From Trichlorobacter lovleyi SZ (GTDB taxonomy: Bacteria > Desulfobacterota > Desulfuromonadia > Geobacterales > Pseudopelobacteraceae): 32,000 bases of DNA. This document shows positions 14,731 to 24,640 of the stretch, in pieces (the first letter of the stretch is position 1; every line of letters begins with the position of its first letter). The translations under genes and the position numbers were made by a program. The stretch lies in contig NC_010814.1 of the NCBI RefSeq assembly GCF_000020385.1, positions 60,001 to 92,000 of the forward strand, written 5' to 3'. Under the pieces are notes generated by a model that was given only the letters and a program-made list of their open reading frames with translations, had not been told where the DNA came from and ran no database searches.

Positions 14731-15366
14731 TCAGTCTGACGGCTGTAAAGCTGGCGTCCGTCTGGTCTCCTTCCTGTTGAGCGTATAGAGCAAATAGGCC
14801 ACCACGCCAATGTTGCCGGCAAGCAGGATGACTTTCGGCCAGCTTACACCACGGGCGACCTCATAGAGTTCAACAGGGATATACATCCCGCCGGTCAGAA
14901 CGCCAAACCACTCCGCCCATTTTTTCCCGAGCCAGAGTCCTGCAGCTTCAAAGAAGCGTACACCTGAGTACATCAGGGCTGCAACGGCCAGTGCCCACAG
15001 CTCACTGTCGGTAACCCGTTCCGTTGCATCCAGGAAAATTCGCGGATAGTGCTTTGCCGGATTGAAATGCAGGTGTTCGACAAGCCGGACAGCCGTGGTG
15101 TGTATGTCTTTGTGGATAAACGAAAGCAGCCCGCAGCCTGCCAGGATGACGAGCATGCCTTTGGCCCCCTCAAAAAGGGCGACTGCCCGCAGCCCCTTTG
15201 TAACGGACGGTTTGGCACTCGTACGTTGGTGAGTGCGTGCATGCTGTTTTCTCTTGCGTGCGCTCATGGTTGACTCAGCTTCAAACATAGGGGTGGCAAC
15301 CGTTTGGTTGGTGCGGCTTTCTTCAGCCGGGTCATCCGGCTGATACGGCCCTGTCGCCGGTGTCAC
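14731..15366 (-). CDS. DUF2127-family membrane protein
   Basis: GLRAVALFEGAKGMLVILAGCGLLSF...HFNPAKHYP pattern with 4 TM segments. The start is uncertain: GTG at 15366 overlaps the upstream stop, and internal ATGs are possible. Confidence 0.65.
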   Translation of the reverse strand: MTPATGPYQPDDPAEESRTNQTVATPMFEAESTMSARKRKQHARTHQRTSAKPSVTKGLRAVALFEGAKGMLVILAGCGLLSFIHKDIHTTAVRLVEHLHFNPAKHYPRIFLDATERVTDSELWALAVAALMYSGVRFFEAAGLWLGKKWAEWFGVLTGGMYIPVELYEVARGVSWPKVILLAGNIGVVAYLLYTLNRKETRRTPALQPSD

Positions 15367-16067
15367 TACTCGGCGTCAACAACCTTTCCGTCCACAAAGA
15401 TCACCTTCAGGCGACTGTAGACAAAGACCTGCTTTGCCCCCAGCAGGACCTGTTTCTCGGGAGGCCCGAAGATTGCGGTCACCTGTTCAGGGGTCTGGCC
15501 CAGCTGGACGGTGCGGGTTGCCGTGGCTGCCTTGCGCGGTTTTGGTGCGGGGCGCGTTTCTTCCTCCGTATCAAACCAGTCGCTGATGTCGTCAAGCAGC
15601 TGGTCGGCGGTCAGCGCTGCCAGTCCGCTGTCATACTGGAAACGGACAGAGGCCTGCAGCGCCTGCGGTCCCCTCATGCCGGGCACAACATAGGTGGCAA
15701 CCGTGTACAGATCAAGCTGCAGATAGGTGTCGCCGGTGCTGACCTCGTACAGATAGAGCCGTTCGCCCGGTTTCAGCCTGTTGCCATGGCCATCGCCAAG
15801 GGGCAGATCACCGCCGCCAACCAAGACCAGCTGGCGGTTTTTCACCAGATTTGGCTTAAACAGGTTGCTGGGCCGGTTTACCCCCAACCCCTCCCGGCGT
15901 GGTATCAGCACGTTGCCAATGGCCTTGAAATTGCCGAAAAATCCGGGAATGGTGATCCGGTAGTTTGAGGTTACCGCCGAGGACAGTTCGTCAGGAGTGG
16001 CTGCGGAGGCCAGAGAAGCTGCCAACAGCAGCAGCAGGATGGTGAGGCAGCGGATCTGCGTGTGCAT
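15366..16067 (-). CDS. Exported hypothetical protein with a BamE/SmpA-like C-terminal segment
   Basis: Signal peptide MHTQIRCLTILLLLLAASLASAA, from ATG 16067 with AAAGGA upstream. C-terminus: LGQTPEQVTAIFGPPEKQ....KQVFVY. No firm family assignment. Confidence 0.6.
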   Translation of the reverse strand: MHTQIRCLTILLLLLAASLASAATPDELSSAVTSNYRITIPGFFGNFKAIGNVLIPRREGLGVNRPSNLFKPNLVKNRQLVLVGGGDLPLGDGHGNRLKPGERLYLYEVSTGDTYLQLDLYTVATYVVPGMRGPQALQASVRFQYDSGLAALTADQLLDDISDWFDTEEETRPAPKPRKAATATRTVQLGQTPEQVTAIFGPPEKQVLLGAKQVFVYSRLKVIFVDGKVVDAE

Positions 16068-16092
16068 CGGGTTGTCCTTTCTGTGTACTGCG

Positions 16093-16416
16093 TTAAGCAT
16101 GGGCCTGTCCCAGCAGGATACCGGCGGCCAGGGCGCAGATCACCACCAGGCAGAAGCAGGCAAAGCGCCAATCCTTTTGCCGCACAAAGATCAGTCCTGC
16201 GGTAATCACCCGCATGATCGGCGTGGCCAGCAGTGCCAGCAGACCGGCGGTAATCAGGCGGGTGGCAACGGCCTCCCTGCCCAGCAGCATGGTGGCGATA
16301 CCGGCGGCAATCAGCGCCGCGGCAACCAGCGAACCGATCCGCAGCAGACGGGCCAGGGTGATCTCAATCGGCTCGTGGGGTGAGGGAGCCTGCAGCTCTG
16401 GGTCATGGGTCGTCAT
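16093..16416 (-). CDS. DUF1634-family membrane protein
   Basis: 107 aa with three TM segments. It overlaps the TauE/SafE gene by 4 nt, which is the usual pairing. Confidence 0.7.
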   Translation of the reverse strand: MTTHDPELQAPSPHEPIEITLARLLRIGSLVAAALIAAGIATMLLGREAVATRLITAGLLALLATPIMRVITAGLIFVRQKDWRFACFCLVVICALAAGILLGQAHA

Positions 16417-17243
16417 TTCAGCCCCCGGTAGATCATTTCAAAGGCGGTGTAGATGATGATCGGAATAAACAGCTTGCGGATGGTGGAGGTCTTGAGCCTG
16501 ACCATCAGCTTGGCCCCCAGCACCGCCCCCAGCAGCACCCCCAACACCACCGGCCCGGTGATCATCGGCTTGACATCGCCACGGGCAAAGTAGACCACGG
16601 CCCCGGAGGCGGCAGTGACGCCGATCATGAAGTTTGAGGTGGCGGTGGAGGCCTTGAACGGTATCCGCATGATCTGGTCCATGGCCGGAACCTTGAAGAT
16701 ACCGGCCCCGATCCCCAGCAGGCCTGCTGCGATGCCGGAAAAATACATGATGATCAGCCCCGGCAGGGTGCCGGTCACCTGATAGTCGATCCTTTTGCCC
16801 AGCTGGCGGTCGACATAGGAACCTTGCAGCTGCAGCTTTTGGGAGAGCCGGTCCGGCAGCACCCCTTCCGGCAGCTCGTTCTTGCGGCTCTTGAACATGT
16901 TGTAGCCGGAATAGGCCAGCAGCAGCCCGAACAGGATATACAGGAAGCGTTGTTCAAGGTAACCGGCAATCAGTGCGCCGCTTAAGGCACCGGTGGCGGT
17001 CCCCATTTCCAGCCAGATCGCAACCCGGGTGTTGGTCAGGCGGTCCTGCAGAAAGGCCACTGCCGCGCCGGTGGAGGTGGCAATGATCGAGACCGTTGAG
17101 GCGGCAACCGCTGTCCGCATCGGCACCCCGAACAGCAGCGTCAGGACCGGCACAATGATGATGCCGCCCCCCAGCCCCAGCATGGAACCGAATACCCCGG
17201 CGGTAATCGCGATCAGAAAAATTTCAAGCGTCTGTACAAGCAT
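16413..17243 (-). CDS. TauE/SafE-family sulfite/anion exporter
   Basis: Typical GSMLGLGGGIIIVP and GAGIFKVPA repeat halves. Start placed at MLVQT (17243) behind GAGGAG. The track ORF extends 73 codons further to 17462. Confidence 0.85.
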   Translation of the reverse strand: MLVQTLEIFLIAITAGVFGSMLGLGGGIIIVPVLTLLFGVPMRTAVAASTVSIIATSTGAAVAFLQDRLTNTRVAIWLEMGTATGALSGALIAGYLEQRFLYILFGLLLAYSGYNMFKSRKNELPEGVLPDRLSQKLQLQGSYVDRQLGKRIDYQVTGTLPGLIIMYFSGIAAGLLGIGAGIFKVPAMDQIMRIPFKASTATSNFMIGVTAASGAVVYFARGDVKPMITGPVVLGVLLGAVLGAKLMVRLKTSTIRKLFIPIIIYTAFEMIYRGLK

Positions 17244-17495
17244 GCAGCTCCTCTGCCTCTGCCATACGGATGATCGTTCTGTCCTTTCAGATACTCCTGA
17301 AACAGTTCCTGATCGATGATTTTGGCACGCGCACGATACGACGCCAGAGAAAATGGCCCGGCCAAAGCTGATCATCTGCTGGTTCTGATAGAGGAACACC
17401 CCGGTGTGGCTGGCCTCAAAGGCCTGCTGATGGATCTCTGGCGCATAATGGGCCATGCCCACTTCCTGCAGGGTGCCTGCCAGCCGTTTTGTCCA

Positions 17496-18407
17496 TCACC
17501 TGACCCGCATGCCGCGCGTTGCATCCCAGTGTAGCGGTTTCGCGGCCCGGGGGAGCGGACTTTCCGGCAGCTGTCCGACCGACACGCCGTACAGCCAGTC
17601 CGGCGGGCAGATGGCAATATAACGCGCATAGCCCCCCAGGCCGCCCTGGAACTTGGGAAATCCGATGGTCACGAGCGCCCCTGCCTCGGGCACCTGGTCG
17701 AGATGGGCAACCCCTTCCGCCTGGGTATAGCCGTTTCTGAGCAGCCAGGCCTCTCCTTCAAGGGTGGGTGTACTGTCCGTGTCCAGCGGCTCATGGCCGT
17801 GGAACAGGATATGCCGTTGCTCATGCAGGAACTTCAGGGCTGCCAGCGAGACCCCCGGGAAGACCTGCCGGGTGGCGAGAGCGGGATTGGGCCACTCCTT
17901 TGACCAGTCGGAGCGGACAAACACCACGGAGCCCTCGGGAATCCGGCCATGCCTGGCCTCCCAGTTCTGAATGTCCGCCATTGTGAGGCTGTAGCCTGGA
18001 TTTTGTGCCACCTGCTCCACGATGGAGATCACCACCAGCGGCCGCACGGCAAAGGTGGGGGGCAGCTCGTCGATGGCTGGATAATCAGGGTTCCAATGGG
18101 CCGGGGGATCAAGCTGGGTGCCGAACTGATCGGTAGCGAGTTCGTAGCGGGTGGCCTCGAACCCGTCCTTTGACCAGGTGTAGGGGGCGCCGGTGGCGGG
18201 ATTCAGTGCAGGGCTGAAGCTGGAGGGGCCGAACCCTGCCCAGACCGGGATGGATGGGGTGATGGTGTGGGTCAGGTCAACGTATTTGGCCGCCTTCAAG
18301 CTGTTCTCATAGGTCTGCCAGAGGCTGGGTGCGGCAGTAATGCGCGACTGAGGCATGCATGCCGTACACAGAAACGCAACGCACAGCACAATCAGAGCGC
18401 GTTTCAT
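17496..18407 (-). CDS. Cyclase-family (kynurenine-formamidase-like) lipoprotein
   Basis: Lipobox MKRALIVLCVAFLCTAC. The GTQLDPPAHW motif resembles the HxGTHxDxPxH motif of PF04199. Start at 18407 behind AGGAGGAG. Confidence 0.8.
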   Translation of the reverse strand: MKRALIVLCVAFLCTACMPQSRITAAPSLWQTYENSLKAAKYVDLTHTITPSIPVWAGFGPSSFSPALNPATGAPYTWSKDGFEATRYELATDQFGTQLDPPAHWNPDYPAIDELPPTFAVRPLVVISIVEQVAQNPGYSLTMADIQNWEARHGRIPEGSVVFVRSDWSKEWPNPALATRQVFPGVSLAALKFLHEQRHILFHGHEPLDTDSTPTLEGEAWLLRNGYTQAEGVAHLDQVPEAGALVTIGFPKFQGGLGGYARYIAICPPDWLYGVSVGQLPESPLPRAAKPLHWDATRGMRVR

Positions 18408-18460
18408 GAGGCTCCTCCTGACGTTTGGTCTGTCGGGTGGTGCTGGGGGGGCAATCGATG

Positions 18461-19150
18461 TCATCCCCCCTGCTGCACCATCTGCCAGAACAGTTCATAC
18501 AACGGTTGCAACTGGCGGAACCCTTTAGCCAACTCATCAGAAAGCCCCTTCGAAAACAACAGCCCGTCAACCTCCCGGTTACAAACCAAGTAGATGTTCT
18601 TGCGGCAATGCCAGGCCTGCAGATCAGGTGGAAGTGCAGCATTCAGGGGGCGCTTGTAGCAGTCCCCCGCCAGCTCAAAGGCATCCTGTTGGGCAAGCCA
18701 GGCCACGGTTGCGCGGAAGCGGGCCGGTTTTGTCTCGATCAGGCGCCGCAGGTTGTCCATGGTCTGCCGTGAGGCGCTGTAGAAGCCCATGCCGTAGCGG
18801 TAGCTGTCGGCGGTGATCTCAAAGAAGAAGCAGGGGGCGGTCTTCCAGTCGGGGCTGTAACGCTTGAAGGTGATCCAGAGGCAGGTCTTGTAGGGCGATT
18901 TGTTATGGGAAAAACGGGTGTCGCGGTAGATGCGGGAGATGGTTTTATCCACCGCCGGGAGGGTGATCAGTGCAGGATCAAGGGCCAGCATGGTGTCGGC
19001 CAGCTCAGAGACCAGCAACTTGAGGGGTTCCAGCAGCAGTTCCTGATATTCGTCGCGATGGTTCTCAAACCAGGCCTTGGTGTTGTTGACAGCCAGCTGC
19101 TCAAAAAATGCCGGGGCCAGCGGTGAAAATCCGTTAAAGCGGTCAGCCAT
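18461..19150 (-). CDS. DUF2461 (TIGR02453) family protein
   Basis: FF..L..NN.K.WFE.HR.EY and SRIYRDTRFS..K.PYK motifs. Start at MADRFNGF (19150) behind GGAGGTG. Confidence 0.85.
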   Translation of the reverse strand: MADRFNGFSPLAPAFFEQLAVNNTKAWFENHRDEYQELLLEPLKLLVSELADTMLALDPALITLPAVDKTISRIYRDTRFSHNKSPYKTCLWITFKRYSPDWKTAPCFFFEITADSYRYGMGFYSASRQTMDNLRRLIETKPARFRATVAWLAQQDAFELAGDCYKRPLNAALPPDLQAWHCRKNIYLVCNREVDGLLFSKGLSDELAKGFRQLQPLYELFWQMVQQGG

Positions 19151-19187
19151 CTGCACCTCCAGGCAGGATCTGCCTGTCCTGCCGGAA

Positions 19188-19958
19188 CTACCGGACATAT
19201 CCGGCCGGGTTAAAGGGTGGTACCGGCCCGGTGCCCCGTTCAATACTGCTGTTGTGGCGTTGCATCGCCTTCAGATGCTGGGTGACTTCGTGGGGCAGCA
19301 GGATCCGTTCCTTGACAAAGTATTCACCCAGCCGGGGCTGGCTGTGGTGCTGGTGCCTGACCAGAAAGGCGGCCTGCTTGGGGGTCAGCAGTCCGAGGGT
19401 GACCGCCTTTTCACCGAACACGCCGGGGATATCGGTGGCTGCACGGACAATCTGGATATCCTTGTCGGTCAACCAGCCCCAGGCCTTGGCGATCTCGCCG
19501 TAGGGCGGCCGTTGATCCCGCTGCCAGCGCATGCCCCGCACCAGATCCTGCCAGGAGATCTCGGTGGCAAAATACAAAAACTGGCCGAATTTCAGTTTGT
19601 AGGTGGGAAAAACGCCTTTGTAATAGCGTTCGTGTTCTTTCTTGGGGATCTTCTCCACAACCGGGCGTACCGGTCTGACAACCGTTGGGCGGACATAGGT
19701 CGAGAAGGGGGTTGAAGGTCTGGCCGGTGCCGGTCCGGCAGCCTTTTTCTGGGCAGAGGCAAGGTGTTCGATCAGGATATCCCGCGCCGAAACCAGGGAA
19801 CTGACCGCCTCGCCGCAGTGCTGCGCCACACTCTGGGCCGAATCCGGGTGAAAGGTGCGCACCCGGCGTCTGAATGCCGATTTTACCTCGGCAGCGGTAA
19901 CCCGCTGCAGATCAGCGGCTTCGCCAAACAGTATCTTGACTGCGTCTGATGGATGCAT
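19188..19958 (-). CDS. J-domain (HPD motif) protein with an uncharacterised C-terminal domain
   Basis: N-terminus ...EVKSAFRRRVRTFHPDS... is J-domain-like. I do not recognise the remaining 170 aa or so. Confidence 0.6.
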   Translation of the reverse strand: MHPSDAVKILFGEAADLQRVTAAEVKSAFRRRVRTFHPDSAQSVAQHCGEAVSSLVSARDILIEHLASAQKKAAGPAPARPSTPFSTYVRPTVVRPVRPVVEKIPKKEHERYYKGVFPTYKLKFGQFLYFATEISWQDLVRGMRWQRDQRPPYGEIAKAWGWLTDKDIQIVRAATDIPGVFGEKAVTLGLLTPKQAAFLVRHQHHSQPRLGEYFVKERILLPHEVTQHLKAMQRHNSSIERGTGPVPPFNPAGYVR

Positions 19959-20161
19959 GGGCGCTTGTACTCCTCATCAGCAGGATTTCAGACAGCTTAC
20001 CCGGTGCTACAAAGCTACTGCCTTTTGACCATCCATTTGTACTCCGGTATCAGGCACCTGACAATAGCTGACATTACCTTTTGGTTCAACCGGAACTACC
20101 ATGAACAAGTCCGAACGACGCTTGCAACTGGTTGACTCTGCGGCAGCAAGGGGCCGGAGGC

Positions 20162-20635
20162 TTAGCGGTTGTTGCGCTGCTCGTAAAAAGCCTTTTCAAA
20201 GGTTGTGACCGTGGTCAGATCTTCGAGACGGCTGATCGTGACAATCACGGGGCGGCCGGTATCATCATCCTTTCCTTCCAGACGCAGGTAGGCGCCCTTT
20301 TCCTCCAGTGCCCTGAAGCCGTGCTGCTTCAGTCTGGCCAGCGTTGCTGTCGCTGTATTTCCCTTGAAGACCAGTGCAGTGCCTGCCAGGGCACGCTCAT
20401 GCTCATAGAACAGCCCGACGCTCAGCAGCGGGGCTGCGTCGTGTATCTGGTACAGCTCAACGGCCAGCCCTTCCAGCTCGGCCACCTTGTCAGGCGCCCC
20501 CAGGATGGCGACCACCTTTGTCTTAGGCATCAGCACGCTGACCCGGTCCAACGCGGCAAGTTCAATGGCAAAGGAGGCGGTTGTGCCGATAAGCAGCACC
20601 ATGCCGGAAAAGAGTAGGGTTAGACAGGCTTTCAT
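20162..20635 (-). CDS. Secreted hypothetical protein
   Basis: 157 aa with signal peptide MKACLTLLFSGMVLLIGTTASFA and AGGGAGA RBS. No family recognised. Confidence 0.6.
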   Translation of the reverse strand: MKACLTLLFSGMVLLIGTTASFAIELAALDRVSVLMPKTKVVAILGAPDKVAELEGLAVELYQIHDAAPLLSVGLFYEHERALAGTALVFKGNTATATLARLKQHGFRALEEKGAYLRLEGKDDDTGRPVIVTISRLEDLTTVTTFEKAFYEQRNNR

Positions 20636-20680
20636 GGGAATCTCCCTCTGTGGTTGTCAGATCTGCGTATTGCTACGGAG

Positions 20681-21406
20681 CTATTGGAAAAGGGTGTCAA
20701 GGACACCGATCAGGCCAGCCGGATTAACCTTGACCCCGACCGAGGTGGTGGTCTTTTCCTGTACGCGGGTGCCGTCGGAGGTGACATAGTTCCGTGACGA
20801 GCTTGAGGAGGTCTCTTTCCCGATCGGCGCTGTTTGCGAAAGGGCCGCACCGGCTCCCATCTTGAGCAGCTCCTTGGTCATCTCACCCTGCCCCATGGCA
20901 GCGTTGCGGTCTGATTCAGGGTAGGCTGCTGTGGCAGTTGGCGCCTGAAGCGAGGCTGCCGCAGCTGAGCCGGACAGCGGCATCAGGCTGACGGAAACCG
21001 CCGGTGGAGTAAGAATATACGCCTCGCCGGTCTCCTCCTGGTTTGAGATGGAGTTCATGCCGCTGCCCATCCCCATTGAGGCGTTTTTGAAGAACAGGCC
21101 CGAGTTGATGCCGGACTGGATCGCCTTGAGATAGACCCGTTCCTTTTGATACTGATTCGTAATGACCACATCTGCCTGACGATAGTTCTCTTTGACCAGC
21201 GTCAGGATATGGCTGCGATTCCGTTCAAGGGAGACCCGCGCCGGGGTGACACCGGCGAACTGCCCGTCGGCGTAGATCCGGGCGCCGACCGGGTTGGTTG
21301 AAACCGGGATGTCCTGCTTCAGAACCGGCATGCTGCAGCCTGTTGCAAGGATACTCAGCAACGAGCCGAGCAACAGCATTAAAAGGTGATGCATTGTTCT
21401 GGTCAT
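20681..21406 (-). CDS. PEGA-domain lipoprotein
   Basis: Lipobox LLSILATGCS. PEGA-like segment VSTNPVGARIYADGQFAGVTPARVSL. Start at ATG 21406 behind AGGGAGA, rather than the track's GTG at 21421. Confidence 0.75.
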   Translation of the reverse strand: MTRTMHHLLMLLLGSLLSILATGCSMPVLKQDIPVSTNPVGARIYADGQFAGVTPARVSLERNRSHILTLVKENYRQADVVITNQYQKERVYLKAIQSGINSGLFFKNASMGMGSGMNSISNQEETGEAYILTPPAVSVSLMPLSGSAAAASLQAPTATAAYPESDRNAAMGQGEMTKELLKMGAGAALSQTAPIGKETSSSSSRNYVTSDGTRVQEKTTTSVGVKVNPAGLIGVLDTLFQ

Positions 21407-21681
21407 GGTGTTCTCCCTCACATAGAGCTGATACGATCTGTTCTTTATAGCGTACTTGCGGCTGTATACAAGCTAAGACAATGACAAAGGTTGATATACA
21501 CTGCATAGAGCGGCCAAACGGCTGTTGCAGGATAGATGCTGCACTGGAGCTTTTGTAACTTCAAGAGTATAACGATATCCTTTGAAGCGGGTTAAAAGGG
21601 GCTGAGCGCCTGGTTCGAGATGCGCCGTAGGGAGTTGGGGCACCACCGGGAGGTCTGCCGGAATGCAGCTGTAGAAACTGA

Positions 21682-22773
21682 ATGGAAGATAATCAGATGT
21701 CAACTCAACAGATAAAGCTTGAACAACTGGGCTGGAACCCCTGGTTTGACGGCCTGCTGGCACTGCAGGGACAGCCGCTGGAGAGCGCGGCGCGGGTGGC
21801 GGCCGTAGACCGTGAGCAACTGCTGTTGATGAACAGCACTGGCCTGTTCCGGGCCAGGCTGTCCGGCAGTTACCTGCACCATAACCGCCGCCCCGAGGCG
21901 TTCCCCTGCGTGGGTGACTGGGTCTGCGTGGAAAAGGGGCCGCAGGATGAGGTTGGCCTGATCCACAGCCTGCTCGACCGCAGGACCAGCCTGCAGCGCA
22001 AGGCCGTGGGCAGTGCTGGTGAGGCGCAGATGATTGCGGCCAACCTGGATTACGTGATCATTGTGCAGTCCTGCCACTTTGATTTCAACCTGAACCGCCT
22101 GGAACGCTATCTGGTTATGGTGATGCAGGGCGGGGCCGAGCCGGTCATCCTGCTGACCAAGACCGACCTGATCGAGCCTGGTCAGCTGGCCGAACTGCGC
22201 AGCCGCATCGATAACGCCGGGATTGTGGCACCGGTGCTGACCCTCAGCACCATCACCGGCCAAGGAATCGACGAGTTGAAGCAGTTGCTGGTACCGGGCA
22301 AGACCTACTGTTTTGTCGGCTCATCCGGGGTGGGCAAAAGCACGCTCATCAACGCCTTGGCTGGCGGCAGCCGGCTGGCAACCCAGACGGTCAGCGCCAG
22401 CGGCGAGGGACGCCACACCACGGTCCGGCGGGAGCTGCTGCTGCTGGACAATGGCGCACTGGTGATCGACAATCCTGGCATGCGCGAGTTCGGTATCCTG
22501 GATGCAGCAGATGGCATGGCCAGCGGTTTCAGCGACATAACCGGGCATGCTGCCCAATGCCGCTACCGGGATTGCAGCCATACCAGTGAGCCGGGTTGTG
22601 CCGTGCTCGCAGCCCTGGCCACAGGTGAGATCAACCAGGCACATTACGACAACTTTCTTAAGCTGCAGAGCGAATCCGCGTTTTACCAGCTATCCCACGC
22701 TGAAAAACGCAAAAAGGACCGTGACTTCGGCAAGTTTATCAAGTCGGTTAAAAAAGATCTGGTACGGGAGTAA
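21682..22773 (+). CDS. rsgA: Ribosome small-subunit-dependent GTPase A
   Basis: Circularly permuted GTPase motifs (LTKTDL, GSSGVGKSTLINAL) and a zinc knuckle C.YRDCSH..EPGCAV. The start may be ATG 21682 or 21697. Confidence 0.92.
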   Translation: MEDNQMSTQQIKLEQLGWNPWFDGLLALQGQPLESAARVAAVDREQLLLMNSTGLFRARLSGSYLHHNRRPEAFPCVGDWVCVEKGPQDEVGLIHSLLDRRTSLQRKAVGSAGEAQMIAANLDYVIIVQSCHFDFNLNRLERYLVMVMQGGAEPVILLTKTDLIEPGQLAELRSRIDNAGIVAPVLTLSTITGQGIDELKQLLVPGKTYCFVGSSGVGKSTLINALAGGSRLATQTVSASGEGRHTTVRRELLLLDNGALVIDNPGMREFGILDAADGMASGFSDITGHAAQCRYRDCSHTSEPGCAVLAALATGEINQAHYDNFLKLQSESAFYQLSHAEKRKKDRDFGKFIKSVKKDLVRE

Positions 22774-22778
22774 ACAAG

Positions 22779-23261
22779 ATGCAGGGCATGATCGTTATAC
22801 CGGCAACAGCGGAGGATGCAGCAGCTATCCTGGCATTGCAGCAGGCTGCCTACCAGAGCGAGGCTGAACTGTACCAGGACTGGTCCATTCCACCCTTAAC
22901 CCAGAGCTTGTCTGAGCTGCAGCAGGAGATTGCCACCATCACCGTGCTGAAGGCCTGTCAGGGCACTCGTTTGGTCGGTTCGGTCAGGGCAGTACAGCAG
23001 GAAGACAACAGTGTGGCAATCGGCCGCCTGATCGTGTTGCCTGATCTGCAGGGCCAGGGGATCGGCAGCAGCCTGATGGCTGCGATTGAGGCTGCCTTCC
23101 CAACGGCATCGCGCTTTGAGCTGTTTACCGGCAGTCTCAGTCTGCGCAACATCCGTTTGTACGAACGGCTGGGCTATACGGTATTTGCCCGCAAACAGCT
23201 CTCGCCACAGGTTGAGTTGGTGTTTATGGAAAAACGTGTCAGCAGCAAAAAAGAAAGGTAA
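22779..23261 (+). CDS. GNAT-family N-acetyltransferase
   Basis: 160 aa with the acetyl-CoA loop motif LIVLPDLQGQGIGSSLM. GGGAG RBS lies within the rsgA end. Confidence 0.85.
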   Translation: MQGMIVIPATAEDAAAILALQQAAYQSEAELYQDWSIPPLTQSLSELQQEIATITVLKACQGTRLVGSVRAVQQEDNSVAIGRLIVLPDLQGQGIGSSLMAAIEAAFPTASRFELFTGSLSLRNIRLYERLGYTVFARKQLSPQVELVFMEKRVSSKKER

Positions 23262-23263
23262 TC

Positions 23264-23854
23264 ATGCAACGAATCTGCGTATTTTGCGGTTCCAGTCCCG
23301 GCACACGACCGGAATATAGTGCAGCAGCCCGGGCACTGGGACAGGCCTTGGTGGCCCAGGGGATCGAGCTGGTCTATGGCGGCGCCAGCGTGGGGCTGAT
23401 GGGGATCGTGGCCCGCACCGTACTGGAAGGGGGCGGCCGGGTGACCGGGGTCATTCCCCGCCTGCTGGCTGAAAAAGAGGTGGCCCTGACCAGCCTGGAT
23501 GACCTGCGGATTGTGGACTCCATGCATGAGCGCAAGGCCTTGATGGCAGAGTTGTCAGACGGCTTCATTGCCCTGCCGGGCGGAATCGGCACTATTGAGG
23601 AGTTTGTGGAGGTGCTGACCTGGGCCCAGCTGGGCATCCACACCAAGCCCTGCGGCCTGTTGAACAGTGCTGGCTATTATGACCGCCTGCTGGGGTTCTT
23701 TGACCAGATGCTGGCGGAAGGTTTTATCCGGCCAGCCTGCCGCAGCACCATCCTGGTTGAGCAGGACCCGCTCAACCTGCTGGAGGCCATGGGCAGTTAT
23801 TGTTCTCCCACAGAGGACAAGGCTGCCTGGGCATTAAAGCTGAGCAACAGCTAA
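23264..23854 (+). CDS. LOG-family (TIGR00730) nucleotide phosphoribohydrolase
   Basis: VFCGSS, LVYGG...GLMG and ALPGGIGTIEE motifs. Confidence 0.9.
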   Translation: MQRICVFCGSSPGTRPEYSAAARALGQALVAQGIELVYGGASVGLMGIVARTVLEGGGRVTGVIPRLLAEKEVALTSLDDLRIVDSMHERKALMAELSDGFIALPGGIGTIEEFVEVLTWAQLGIHTKPCGLLNSAGYYDRLLGFFDQMLAEGFIRPACRSTILVEQDPLNLLEAMGSYCSPTEDKAAWALKLSNS

Positions 23855-23875
23855 GTAAACACAAGGGGATCACCA

Positions 23876-24586
23876 ATGCAGAACTGGCTCTTTAACGAAT
23901 ATGCCCATTGCGGGGTTGATTACAGCGATGCCCGCCGGGCAGCCCGGTATGATGACCAGCACCGGAAGTTTCGCAATTACGAGCACGAGTTTCAGCAGAT
24001 GCTGGCATTTCTGGAGCTGGGCAATACCACGGACAAGACCATGATCGACCTGGGCTGCGGCACCGCTACCACCGCCTTGCTGGCAGCACAGCAGTTCAAG
24101 CAGGTCTATGCCGTGGATGTGTCCGAGGCCATGCTTAGCCAGGCCCGGTCCAAGAACCTGCAGCAGTTACCGAACCTGAGCCTGATCCAGGCCGGCTTTC
24201 TCAGTTACCAGCATGCAGCCCAGCCCGTTGATCTGGTGATCACCAAGGCAGCCCTGCATCACCTGCCTGATTTCTGGAAACAGGTGGCCCTGCAGCGGAT
24301 CAACCGCATGCTCAAACCCGGTGGGCTGCTGTATATCCATGATGTGGTTTTTCAGTTTGAACCACAGCAGTACCAGGACAGGATTGTGGCCTGGATCGAT
24401 ACCCTGCACAAGGCGGCTGGTGAGCAGATCAAGGCAGAGGTGGAAACCCATCTGCGGGATGAATACAGCACCTTTGGCTGGGTCCTGGAAGGGATGCTGG
24501 AGCGGGCCGGTTTCACGGTTGAAAAGCTACGCTGTAATGATGGGTTTGTGGCAGAATACGCCTGCTGCAAGACCCAGGATATCTAA
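23876..24586 (+). CDS. Class I SAM-dependent methyltransferase
   Basis: Motif I MIDLGCGTA, then LKPGGLLYIHD. AAGGGG RBS. Confidence 0.85.
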   Translation: MQNWLFNEYAHCGVDYSDARRAARYDDQHRKFRNYEHEFQQMLAFLELGNTTDKTMIDLGCGTATTALLAAQQFKQVYAVDVSEAMLSQARSKNLQQLPNLSLIQAGFLSYQHAAQPVDLVITKAALHHLPDFWKQVALQRINRMLKPGGLLYIHDVVFQFEPQQYQDRIVAWIDTLHKAAGEQIKAEVETHLRDEYSTFGWVLEGMLERAGFTVEKLRCNDGFVAEYACCKTQDI

Positions 24587-24640
24587 ACAAACAGACGCAC
24601 ACGAACAACAACCACAGCGGTTGTTGCACAGGAGAATACC

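Noticed and set aside
21473-21763. 96-aa minus-strand ORF in the PEGA/rsgA divergent intergenic region
   Set aside because: It overlaps the rsgA start and has no RBS or motifs. The region is better explained as divergent promoter DNA.
23264-23854. LOG/SLOG-family protein as a Thoeris-like partner of the TIR gene
   Set aside because: It is 13 kb away on the opposite strand, inside a GC-typical rsgA-GNAT-LOG-methyltransferase operon. It has the ordinary PGGxGTxxE LOG motif, and nothing links it to the TIR unit.
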